DNA of 64,000 nucleotides from an uncultured virus (IMG/VR IMGVR_UViG_3300030060_002428) (Duplodnaviria > Heunggongvirae > Uroviricota > Caudoviricetes > Crassvirales): the IMG/VR virus record IMGVR_UViG_3300030060_002428. One strand, 5' to 3'. How positions within the stretch are numbered: position 1 is the stretch's first letter; each line of letters begins with the position of its first letter. Both the position numbers and the translations under genes were made by a program. Of this stretch, positions 52,746 to 62,900 are shown piece by piece. A model generated the notes under the pieces. That model was not told the DNA's origin and did not search any database. It worked only from the letters and a program-made list of their open reading frames with translations.

Positions 52746-53507
52746 ATGAGTAAAATTGCACTAATAGATGCCGATAGTCTTATGTACTATGAGATGGGCG
52801 CAGCAACTTTAGAAGAGGCGATAGCTGGAATAGATTTAAGAATAAATACTATACTTAGCGAGACAGGAGCAGATGAGTATATGGGATTCCTTACCCTTGG
52901 TAGGTGTTTTAGATACAAAGTAGCAAAGACTAAAGGTTACAAATACAATAGGTCTGGAGCTATGAAGCCTCCTATCTTTTATGCACTGCGTGCGTACTTG
53001 CAACAAGATCCGTATAACTTCATCTCTATAGATGGACTAGAAGCAGATGACTGTGTTTCTGTTTATGCTTTGCAAATAGCAAAGACAGACGGAGATTCTT
53101 ATGTTATATGTAGTCCTGATAAAGATGTACTCAAGCAGGTGCCTGGCTCTCACTACAACTATCAAAAGATGGAGTGGGTGCATACATCTGATGAGGATGC
53201 AGAAGCATTTTTGTGGAAACAAACGCTGATGGGGGATTCGACTGATGGTATACCTGGTATACCTGGTCTAGGTCCTAAGACTGCTGATAAATTGATTGAT
53301 GAGATGCCTGATGTGCACACGTATGCAGGCATTGTCATTGAGAAATATATAGAAAAATTTGGAAATAGAGAAGGAATTTGTAAATTTACAGAGACGTTCA
53401 ACCTTGTATATATGTTGCAAACTCCTGATGAGGTGTTGCAATGTACAGGATCTTCGCTGCCGCCTTTAAAAACAAATAATGTGGTAGAACATGCGAGTGA
53501 AATCTAA
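52746..53507 (+). CDS. 5'-3' exonuclease/RNase H (FEN-like, T7 gp6 type)
   Basis: True start MSKIALIDADS at 52746; YKYNR, LEADD, SPDKD, GDSTDGIPGIPGLGPKTA. Confidence 0.9.
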   Translation: MSKIALIDADSLMYYEMGAATLEEAIAGIDLRINTILSETGADEYMGFLTLGRCFRYKVAKTKGYKYNRSGAMKPPIFYALRAYLQQDPYNFISIDGLEADDCVSVYALQIAKTDGDSYVICSPDKDVLKQVPGSHYNYQKMEWVHTSDEDAEAFLWKQTLMGDSTDGIPGIPGLGPKTADKLIDEMPDVHTYAGIVIEKYIEKFGNREGICKFTETFNLVYMLQTPDEVLQCTGSSLPPLKTNNVVEHASEI

Positions 53508-54231
53508 AGAGGTAATACTAGTTCCTAAAAATGCTAGAACTTTTACACTAATGCCTGGTGACAGGGGCGCTGTTGCAACGGAAGTTGGAGACAGAATCAT
53601 AGCTCTTGACACTGGGCAATATACTATATGTAAAGGTGATATTATTAACGTTAAGAAAAAGCCTTATAAAGTTAATACTATTACTAAAGATATTGTTGGT
53701 AAAAAACTAGTATATAATTTAAGTACTTCAACATTAACAAAGTCTTCAATGTTCGTTATGCCTATGCTAGGCGCCGAACGCAGACTCTTCATGTTTGATA
53801 GTTTATTTGTTAATTGTTTTATCAATACAAAAGAACACAAGAATAAGATAGCATTGCTGTATAGATTTTCTGGTGACAAGCTTTTTCTAAAGTTTGAACA
53901 GGCTTTACAGCAGTTTAGAGGGTTTGTAGATTACTACGATCCGTCGCCGCATTTTGTTTTATTTGTTTTTAATGTACCTGATCAACACAAAGAAAACTAT
54001 GTACACTTTCTGAATGGCAGATACTCACAGTTTAGTCCAGACTACAAGGACAAGATTCTAGATTTTCATGGGTTTGACATAGATGGCGCACTAGGCCAGA
54101 TATTGTTTAAGTCTACTAGACGCCGTATGAGGCTAGAAGCTGAGCTAGGAGTAGAGCTAGACAATAATGCAGAGGTGTACAGTATCATGAATGAAGAAGA
54201 GGAGACTTTTAATCCTAAGATTTATATATGA
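53491..54231 (+). CDS. Conserved hypothetical protein
   Basis: TKSSMFVMPML, FLNGRYSQFS; in the replication block. Confidence 0.55.
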   Translation: MRVKSKEVILVPKNARTFTLMPGDRGAVATEVGDRIIALDTGQYTICKGDIINVKKKPYKVNTITKDIVGKKLVYNLSTSTLTKSSMFVMPMLGAERRLFMFDSLFVNCFINTKEHKNKIALLYRFSGDKLFLKFEQALQQFRGFVDYYDPSPHFVLFVFNVPDQHKENYVHFLNGRYSQFSPDYKDKILDFHGFDIDGALGQILFKSTRRRMRLEAELGVELDNNAEVYSIMNEEEETFNPKIYI

Positions 54232-54950
54232 AAACGTTAGAAACGCAAGTGGGGGATTGGTATCCTCTGCTTAAACCTTTGTTAGATACAGAGGATTTTA
54301 AAAAGATAAGACAGACAATTGTACAGTGCAGGTCGCACGGTTTTAAGGTGCTGCCAGACACTAGTAAAACGTTTAGAGCGTTTAACATGTGTCAGTATAA
54401 GGACGTAAAAGTCGTTATACTAGGCCAGGACCCATACCATGACGGCAGTGCTACTGGACTTGCGTTTGCAAATGATCCGGACAGTTACAACTCTACTAGT
54501 CCTAGTCTACGTAATATTATTACAGCAGTAGAAAAGGACTTTGGTACGCTTAGCATGGACTTTGACATTAGTTTAGAAGGTTGGGCAGAGCAAGGTGTTC
54601 TATTACTTAACACAGCGCTTACAGTGCTGAAGGGTAGCGCGGGATCTCACACAGGTGTGTGGCGTCCGTTTACCCAACAGTTCCTAGAAGCATTGTCAAG
54701 TTCTAAAGAGAATCTTATATTTGTATTGTGGGGTAAAAAAGCACAAGATTATGAGAAATTTATTACGGGAGACCATACTGTTCTTAAAGCAGCACATCCT
54801 GCTGCCGAGTCTTATAGTGGTGGGCGTGCTGGGTTTTTTGATTGCGGCCATTTTAGTAAAATTAATAGCCTTCTCAGTACTCCTATTCGCTGGTGCCCTT
54901 CTTGCGATACATTACATCCTGCAAAAACTTTAGAAGAGGCGCCATTTTAA
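54228..54950 (+). CDS. ung: Uracil-DNA glycosylase family 1
   Basis: VVILGQDPYH, GLAF, SPSLRNI, QGVLLLN, LWG, AHP. Confidence 0.95.
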   Translation: MKTLETQVGDWYPLLKPLLDTEDFKKIRQTIVQCRSHGFKVLPDTSKTFRAFNMCQYKDVKVVILGQDPYHDGSATGLAFANDPDSYNSTSPSLRNIITAVEKDFGTLSMDFDISLEGWAEQGVLLLNTALTVLKGSAGSHTGVWRPFTQQFLEALSSSKENLIFVLWGKKAQDYEKFITGDHTVLKAAHPAAESYSGGRAGFFDCGHFSKINSLLSTPIRWCPSCDTLHPAKTLEEAPF

Positions 54951-55132
54951 TGAAACAAGTTAAGGTGGTAACTCACAAAGGCGTTCGCTTTCTTTTACAG
55001 AAAAGCAGAACAACAGGTAGATTTTGTTTTAGAGAAGCACTACTGTCTGATCATGACTTAGTAAGTATGCCTGACAATAAAACTATAGAAATAGGTAAGA
55101 CAGGAATGCCTTATTTAAAACCTAAGAGATAA
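54950..55132 (+). CDS. Small hypothetical protein
   Basis: TAATG-coupled start MKQVKVVTH at 54950. Confidence 0.5.
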   Translation: MKQVKVVTHKGVRFLLQKSRTTGRFCFREALLSDHDLVSMPDNKTIEIGKTGMPYLKPKR

Positions 55133-55468
55133 ATGATTAATAGTGGAAAAGAATGGGATCATATGGATACTAAGAACATAAACAAAGAGGTAGATCTGCA
55201 CAAACAGTTTGCTGCAGACTTAGATATAGAGGTTACAAAGATTGCTGATTTGCTAAAGGCTAAGAACTTAGCTTATGGCAACAGCGCTTTGGAACCGCTA
55301 AACGTATTTAGTAAACTCGACGCAGTTGAGTCTTTACTTGTACGTATGGATGATAAAATTGCTAGGATAAGAAACCGTGGCATCTATGATGAAACAGAGG
55401 ACACGGTAGATGATTTAATTGGTTATTTATTTTTACTTAAACTAGCATTGTTAAAAAAGGGGGCATAG
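55133..55468 (+). CDS. Nucleotide modification associated domain 1 (DUF1599/Nmad1-like) protein
   Basis: LLKAKNLAYGNS, VRMDDKIARI, EDTVDDLIGY. Confidence 0.75.
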   Translation: MINSGKEWDHMDTKNINKEVDLHKQFAADLDIEVTKIADLLKAKNLAYGNSALEPLNVFSKLDAVESLLVRMDDKIARIRNRGIYDETEDTVDDLIGYLFLLKLALLKKGA

Positions 55469-55478
55469 CCCCCCTTTT
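55453..55478. terminator. Bidirectional terminator at the convergence of the early and late blocks
   Basis: AAAAAAGGGGGC-ATA-GCCCCCCTTTT. Confidence 0.8.
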
Positions 55479-55499
55479 ACTGTATTAGCTCTCTGCTAG

Positions 55500-58400
55500 T
55501 TATAGATTAAACCACTTAAATGCTTCTTCTGGAGTCTTAGACTTTTCAATACCTCTTACAATAGGCAGCAAGTCTTCTACTTGCTTTCTTATTTTTCTAT
55601 CTCCTTTTTCAAACCTGCCAGTTCTTCGTTGGTAGTGTATCTTTTTATCGTCTACAGGTATGCCGGCTATGTATGGTAGTTCGTAGAATACTATTTGTTG
55701 CAAAAGGTTTACACCATTTTCTAATGGGCGTATAGTTGCAGCTGGAGATGTAGCCATTCTTTTTATGTCTTTGATTCCAAACACTGGATTCCATTGCATC
55801 ATTTCTGTTTGATAACGTCTTGCTTGGTATAGCACAAAGTTGCTTACCCAGGTTTCTTCGTCGTCATCTAAGTTAGCAAGTGCTGCTACAATAGCTGCTG
55901 CGGCAACAATTGATGATAGTTCTACAGCAGTACGCTTTACATCTGCTTTTTCACTATCTGTCATAGTATCGTATATAGACAGCAAGTTAGGAGTTTTAGC
56001 ATCGTATGCTTCTAAGAACATATTAAAGAAAGTTCTGTACATTCCTTGAGTTACTGTTCCTAGCTCTTCATCTGCATGCAAAGGCTCGCCGTGCCCAAAA
56101 CGTCTTCTAATACCTGGATTTATGTAGCGTCTAAATAGCATAAAGAGCTTACCGTACCAACGTCTTTCTAGCATTCCTTTGTCAAAGCTTCCTTTGATCT
56201 GGTTTGTACGTCGAGCTACGCCTCGTATTAAATGTGTAATTTCATTCTTTGTGACATTAGCTACTCTAGGATCTATAGACATACGACCTTTTTCATCTAT
56301 GACTAGCATGTCGTACAAGCTTGCTTCTTTTCCGTTTTCGTTTAGAATTGCATTACCGTCTGCATCTTTTACTTTGGTATTATTTAGAATTGCTAGCATT
56401 CTTGTTCCTGACATCTCATGCTCAAATGCCGCCTGAACAAAAAGGAAGTTTCCAGAATCCATAAGCTTACGGGCTTTAGATCCTACTAGCCTTTGACCTT
56501 CTCGGTCTGTCATTTCTGTAAGCGCATCAAAAAATTCTATTGCTTTACCAAGCTTAGTAGTTGGCATAAACTTACCTACATCTTTTATTGCTGCTCCTTC
56601 TGACCAGTATTGTTTCTTTGCCCACGCTAAATCTGTTTTAGTAAAAAACTGACCTGCTACACCTTCTTGCAAGCTAGTCATGTTATCCAATATACCCTGG
56701 TTTACACCTTGCAAAAAGTTAAACGATAAATTGTTTATAGCTGTATAACTATTAATAGCATTAACTGTTTTAGATAGATCCCATTTACCTACTTTGGCTT
56801 GTATTTCTTTTTGGCCAAACATTGCCATGTCTAAGAACTCATCTAAATGCTGCATTCTCCACGACTCTCCATCTTTACGTTGTGGTAATTTCATACCAAG
56901 AGAATTGGCTATGCTGTTAAGCATTACTGTGCCAGAAGAATTAGTTGCTAGCACTCCACGGTTTTGCATTACCTCGCGTGCTGTCATTACTTGGCCTAGA
57001 ATTTCTGACTTTTCTGCAAAGTTGTGCGCCATATCTCTAAACTGGTACAGGCTAGTTGCAATATCTCTAGATATGTCTTTAGCAGGCACAACGTTTGTAT
57101 AGTATACAGGAACTTTTTTATCTAATTCTCCTGTAAGACTATTGTAATTACCAAACATGTCATCTGTCTCCATGGGAGTTGTTGCTTCTGCAAGTATATC
57201 TTTTGCAGTTTTAAATACTCCTTGTTCTTTTAGCCTGTCAATATCTTTCTTTCTAATAGTAGGCATTAAGTACGAGTGCGTATCCCATGAGTTTTTATCC
57301 ATTCTATTAGTGCCTATCAGATCATGGGCAACCTTAAATTCTTTTCTAACAAAGTCATAATACTTTTTGAGTCGTGGATCGTTTTGGATCTTTTTATACT
57401 TTTCGTTAGCATATATTGACTCTTTAGGCTGTGACCACTCTCCTCTAGGCTTACCCGTAGAGGTAAGATTGTTTCTTTTTATATTTTTTAGCTGCTGTAT
57501 TCTAGTTTCGATCATTATTACAGCATCCTCTTTACCTTTATCCTGCGCGTTCTTTTTGTATTTTTCTTGCTTAGCAATAGCTCTTTCAAGTTTAGCTAGT
57601 TCTGTTTTCCAGGTAGGGCTAGGCTCATGATTTTTTTCGTACCATGTATCTCGTTCTGCATTGTACCTAGTTACAGTGTTTCTATTGTTTAGCCATTTCT
57701 TAGCAGCTGTATCGTATTCGCCCTCTGTTTTAAAGTCTCTACGCAAAGGTTTGCCGTACTTCTGAGCAAGAGTAGTAAACATTTCTCTTTCTGCAGCTCT
57801 TGCTTTATTTAAATCTAAAGGCTGCACAAGGCTTAGTGCTTTTATTCTTTGGCGTTTACCGTCTTTCCAGCTATCTATTTCTACTTCTTCTAGCAGATCT
57901 TCGTTAAGTTTTTGTACATCTGCTTCATTTTGCCCTTTTGCAAATTCTGTATAGGCTTCATTAAGCTCAGGCTTAAAGTCTAAGTCTCTTTCGTTTTTTC
58001 TAATGTTTGCGCTGTCAATAAGCTTAGCTAGCATTTGTATAGACTGCTCGTTAGAGTACATGATAGGGTCAAAGTAAAAAGCAAATGCACTTTTATCTTC
58101 GTATGCAGACTCTAGTTCTCTGACTAAAGCACCTCTTCCAGGTATCATTTTTTCTTGTAGCTGCTGTACTGCTAAGTCTAGTCTAGCCTGTTCAAATTCT
58201 TCTTGACTTATCTGCTCACTATCTAGACGGTCTTGTAACTCAATATATCTTCTATCATTTTTCTTTAGATGATTTCTCCAACGGCCGTGCTCTTTAATAT
58301 TATCTATATGCTCTTGTATTTTAGCATCTATTTTTGTGTTATGGAATGGCTGTAACGCAGCTGCTACCATGGGTATAATATCTTTCTTGTAGTTATACTC

Positions 58401-59942
58401 CATGTCTTCAACCTCTTCGATAATGTCAAAGATCCTTTCTTCCATATTAGCCAAACGTTCTGTATCAAGACGCGGTCTTGCTTGACCAGTTTTTTTGATT
58501 TTTCTTTGTTTAGCTCTTACAATATTTTTAAGCTGCTTTATAGTATCCATTGCATCAATGGTCTTTTTCAGCTCATACATGCGAGCCATGTTGGCCGGCG
58601 ATGCTGCTTCTTCTGGACTTTGCTTAGATAGAGCCACTAGTCTATCGTACTCAGCACGTGCTTTTGATATAGTTTCTGCAGATGCTGCTACAAACTTGGA
58701 TAAGTCTTCTACTTTCTTTACGTTAGACAGTGTAACTTTTAGTACTTCTTGTCTATCTAACGCTTTTTCTTTTGCTTTTTGCTGCTCTTCAGTAGCCTCA
58801 GGTAAGTTTCTAATAGCTCTAAGCTCTGACTCTACTTGAATCTTTGCTTGGTTTACTAGGTCAGTTAAGTTTTGCTCGCCTCTACTTTGCTGCGCATAAG
58901 AGCTTAGGGGGTTGATCATTGCAGATGCCCTGAGCTCGTTAGCAAACATTTCCTGCGCTAAGGTAGCTGCTGTTGCAGGTGTAGATTTAATCCCTAGCTT
59001 GTTAAGCATGTTAGAGAAAGCTCTAAATATTTTGTTAAGCAGAACTTGTATAGGGTTAGGATTCTTTCTAGTAATCTTAGCTCCCTCTAAGCCTATTGCT
59101 GTAGCCAGTACCTCTTTGTCTAGCCTTTCGCCCTGTAGGTCTGGATACTTTTCTGCTACTTGTGTATACAGGTCAGTTCCCTTTAATTGTGCTATTGCGC
59201 TAGCGACTGCAGGGTTTCCAGTTCCTAGCAGATCAATGTACACGTGACCAAACTCGTGGTACACTGTGTCGTCTGCCATCATATCAGGATTAAACTTTAT
59301 AGTAACAGGCTCTCCTATCTCATGCGGTTGTACTTCTCCTAATACGTCTAGGCTTGGGTCCATTACAACATCTATCTCTACGCCTACCTTAGAGAATGCA
59401 TTCTTTAGGTGCGTAATCTTTTGCTGGTTTCGGATTTCTGTGTCTTTTTGTCCTTGAGATATTCTACTTTGGTCTGATGTATTTTCAGCTCTAGCCATCT
59501 CATCTAGCTGGTAGTCTTGTGCAAACGCACTAGTTTCCCTGCTACGCATGTACTCATCAATATCTCGACGTGTCTGGTATGTTGCATCAGCATTTGCTTC
59601 GCCGTCCTGTGGTATAGACTGCAGTACTGACTCGTTAATAGCTGCTCCAAACAGTCTATTTGTAGGAGAGTATTGTGTAGGCTCTGTCTTTTTAATAAAG
59701 TTATAGTCTACTAGGCCTGGATACTTACTGTTAATACGGTCAAGCTCTTTTAGCTGAGTATTAACACCTTTACCTTGCACGACATATAGGTTACCGTCGT
59801 TACGGCGTAGTATACTATTGTCACGTAGTATCTCATATACTCTTTCAGCACTCTTCTTTTCTGGAGCTGTATTATCAAAGTAGCCGTACAGTTCTGTGTA
59901 CAGTTTACTTTCTTTTCCGTCTACAAAATATTTACAAGGCAT
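55500..59942 (-). CDS. Giant virion cargo protein with zincin-like HExxH motif
   Basis: 1480 aa, helical; YHEFGHVY...KEVLA; TAATG-coupled downstream of the virion RNAP, as for crAss cargo genes. Confidence 0.65.
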   Translation of the reverse strand: MPCKYFVDGKESKLYTELYGYFDNTAPEKKSAERVYEILRDNSILRRNDGNLYVVQGKGVNTQLKELDRINSKYPGLVDYNFIKKTEPTQYSPTNRLFGAAINESVLQSIPQDGEANADATYQTRRDIDEYMRSRETSAFAQDYQLDEMARAENTSDQSRISQGQKDTEIRNQQKITHLKNAFSKVGVEIDVVMDPSLDVLGEVQPHEIGEPVTIKFNPDMMADDTVYHEFGHVYIDLLGTGNPAVASAIAQLKGTDLYTQVAEKYPDLQGERLDKEVLATAIGLEGAKITRKNPNPIQVLLNKIFRAFSNMLNKLGIKSTPATAATLAQEMFANELRASAMINPLSSYAQQSRGEQNLTDLVNQAKIQVESELRAIRNLPEATEEQQKAKEKALDRQEVLKVTLSNVKKVEDLSKFVAASAETISKARAEYDRLVALSKQSPEEAASPANMARMYELKKTIDAMDTIKQLKNIVRAKQRKIKKTGQARPRLDTERLANMEERIFDIIEEVEDMEYNYKKDIIPMVAAALQPFHNTKIDAKIQEHIDNIKEHGRWRNHLKKNDRRYIELQDRLDSEQISQEEFEQARLDLAVQQLQEKMIPGRGALVRELESAYEDKSAFAFYFDPIMYSNEQSIQMLAKLIDSANIRKNERDLDFKPELNEAYTEFAKGQNEADVQKLNEDLLEEVEIDSWKDGKRQRIKALSLVQPLDLNKARAAEREMFTTLAQKYGKPLRRDFKTEGEYDTAAKKWLNNRNTVTRYNAERDTWYEKNHEPSPTWKTELAKLERAIAKQEKYKKNAQDKGKEDAVIMIETRIQQLKNIKRNNLTSTGKPRGEWSQPKESIYANEKYKKIQNDPRLKKYYDFVRKEFKVAHDLIGTNRMDKNSWDTHSYLMPTIRKKDIDRLKEQGVFKTAKDILAEATTPMETDDMFGNYNSLTGELDKKVPVYYTNVVPAKDISRDIATSLYQFRDMAHNFAEKSEILGQVMTAREVMQNRGVLATNSSGTVMLNSIANSLGMKLPQRKDGESWRMQHLDEFLDMAMFGQKEIQAKVGKWDLSKTVNAINSYTAINNLSFNFLQGVNQGILDNMTSLQEGVAGQFFTKTDLAWAKKQYWSEGAAIKDVGKFMPTTKLGKAIEFFDALTEMTDREGQRLVGSKARKLMDSGNFLFVQAAFEHEMSGTRMLAILNNTKVKDADGNAILNENGKEASLYDMLVIDEKGRMSIDPRVANVTKNEITHLIRGVARRTNQIKGSFDKGMLERRWYGKLFMLFRRYINPGIRRRFGHGEPLHADEELGTVTQGMYRTFFNMFLEAYDAKTPNLLSIYDTMTDSEKADVKRTAVELSSIVAAAAIVAALANLDDDEETWVSNFVLYQARRYQTEMMQWNPVFGIKDIKRMATSPAATIRPLENGVNLLQQIVFYELPYIAGIPVDDKKIHYQRRTGRFEKGDRKIRKQVEDLLPIVRGIEKSKTPEEAFKWFNL

Positions 59943-62900
59943 TATGCTTTACAAAGTTTTAATGGTTGTTCTACACTCTCAGGCATTATTATGTCTTTAG
60001 CTGTTGGTTCAGATACATAGTTGGCTCCAGGCAGATCTGTTGTACCTTCGCTAGGTATAATGCTATCCATAGAATCTTTAGACGATAGTATTTCATGCAT
60101 TTTATTAGGAACACCTAGAGGCTGTAGCCTTTTGTAGTTGCCTACGAATGGATTAGCACTTTCTCTAACATACATAATAGGTCCTTCAGTAGGGTGGTAA
60201 GTTACGAAATATGCTGCAAATCCTTTATTTTTTGTGTGAACAGCTGTTTTCTTAGACATTGGTACACTGTTAGGTATGCCAGGAGTCTTAGTTCCAGGCA
60301 TTCCTTTGTACCTAACTACAGGTAGTATGTTTCTGCCTCCAGGCTTTGCAGTACCAAAGCTTCTTACGAACTCCTGCACAAAGTCTTGGAAGGTTTCGTT
60401 TAGCAAAGTTGTTTCTGCATTGTTTGCAAAGAACTCTACAGGTGTAAGCGCTATAGGACTATCACTTAGAATGTTTGTAGTAAACGCTTCTACAGGTATT
60501 AGATCAATATACGCACCAGGTCCTGGAGCAAATCCGTTTGTTAGTAGCTGGTTTGCTACTATCATTTTACCTAGCTGTTTAATTTCTGCAGCTTCTTGCG
60601 CATTGTCTCTATCATTTGCATAGTCTTCAGGCCTAGTCAACAAAAGAAGTAGATCGTTAGATAGCCTATTCTTATCATGCGCAGTTAAATCAGTAGAGTT
60701 ATCAAACTTTACTTTAAACACTTTTGCATTTAGATCATTGTTAGCTGGATCTTCTTGTAAAGATTCTACAAACGAGTTTCTTGATAGGCCAGGATACTTT
60801 TCTTTTAGAGTAGTTAATCTAGCTGCTATATTGTTTGGTCCTGTGTACATTGCACGTGCTGCTTGCTCTGACATTAGTGGAGCTAACGGGCTGTTACGGT
60901 CTGCCATCATTTTTAAGAACAAGGCTTTGTCTATAAACTTATGCTGAGCAGGAGTAAGCGTGTCAATGTTTAGATCCTGTTTTAGTATTTGCTTAAATGT
61001 AAAGAATGCGGGCCTATTGTTAATTAGCCCTGCAGTTTCCGCAGTGTTTAATGCTGTTTGAAGTATACCACGGTACGCAATAGATATGGGGTATACAGCT
61101 CTTATGCCTACAACATTTTCTAGCGCCGATGATACAAATTCAGTTCCTCCTTTAATAAGAGACGACTCTGGATCTCTAAAGAATGCATCTTCTCTTTCTA
61201 GGTGTGCAGCAATAGCTGACATCTCATTAACATTCTCTAGTGTGTCTGGAGTTATTAGCTGATTTAACGTTTGTAGTTGTCTACCTACTTCAAAGAATTG
61301 CTTAAAGTTGCCAAGGTATGCAAGTTGTTCTGCAGGAATATTATATTCTTCTACTGCCATTGCTGTCCCAACCGCCGACGCTTCTAACTTAGCACTGCTC
61401 ATAGGAGATATTAATTCAGGCACTACTCCTTTATATTTATTAGCTACAGTGTTTATTGCTTTAGACATTCTATTCAGTCCGTAGCCTTTAACCTTAGATT
61501 CTTCTATTACCTCCTGTATTATAGGCTGTGATAAGAAGTGTACTACATCTTGCACTGGCACACCTACGCTTAGCATAAATCCAGCTACAGGCACAGTGTA
61601 TAAGTTATCATTAATATCTACTTGTACAGGCTTTTTAGCTGCGTCTACTGCAGCAGATAGGTATAACGATATGTTTTGGTCTACGTATGTACCATCTACT
61701 GCCTGTATCATGCCTAGCATGTTTAGAGATTCTCCATTAAGATTAAGAGCAATTTTACTTTGCAGAGGATTGTTTGATAATACATTGTGCCCTGACAAGA
61801 AGTTAGCCCATAGACCAGTTAGTCTTTGTCCAGATTTATTTCTTTCCTCTTGTGTAAGCTCTACGAGTGGGTGGTTTCTATCTTCAATAGTGCCTACTCT
61901 GCGCAAGTTTGCTCCTAGTTCGTACAGTTTAGGGTCATCTAGAGGGTTAAGCACCTCTCGTAGGTGTGTAGGAGATGTAATTATACTGTCCATTAGACTA
62001 TATAATGCTGTATCCCTTTCTTGCCTGTTCATTTTAGACGGATTTTTTGCAAAGTCTACACCTATGCGCTGCATTTTACCATCTACTACTTCTGTCTCAG
62101 GCTGTATAATGTACATTTTATCAATATCAAAGTCAGATCCCATCTGCACTGTAACTCCTCCAGGCACCATAATAGCTTTCTCATGGCTTTCAGGTAGGAA
62201 GCCTACAACCTTTATTGGCAGTGACGAGTTCTTACCTTGGTTAGGTACACGGTACCCAATTACTTCTAGAACTTTCGGATCTACATCTGCAATGTTTGTT
62301 CCAGGAGGTAGCCCTAAGGTACTAGCTTTAATTCTAACCTCTGCTCTATTAGTCCCGTCGTACATTCTTAGCTCTCCGTCTACACCGTGCCCGCCTGCTT
62401 CTGCTATTTGCACTAGCTCTTTACCTTTAATCATTTGATTAAAAATATCTTGCTTTACAGTGCTTAGTAGTATCTGCTCAAACTTAGCTTGGTAGTTAGG
62501 GAAAGATAGAGGCACTCTAAATCTCCAGTCGTACCTACCGTTTGGTACAATGTCTAGACCTTTTAGGTAGTTGGCAGGCAGCTCTCTGTCTTTTACTTGT
62601 TGTGCAAGTCTGTCTCTTACCTTTTTTAAGTGGTCAAGTTTTGCATCAGCATACTCCTGTGTATCACGCTCAGCTTTTTGCAAACGCGTAATGCCCATAC
62701 TTTTATTAAAGTTGTTAGTATCTTCTAAAATATTTTCTGATACAATGTCTTGGAATCTTGCAAACACTTCTGCGCCTTTCATTGTCTGCCCATCTACATT
62801 ATAGTTAGCATCTGCAACAATGTTAGCAATAATGTTTTTTCTAATTTGCCTAGACATTAGAATTTTCTCTGCCTTTTTCTTTGTTATAATCTGAGGCAGG

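Noticed and set aside
61596..62438. 280-aa plus-strand ORF and the many other antisense ORFs in the track
   Set aside because: They lie antisense to well-supported genes (here the RNAP catalytic region) and carry no motifs; shadow ORFs.
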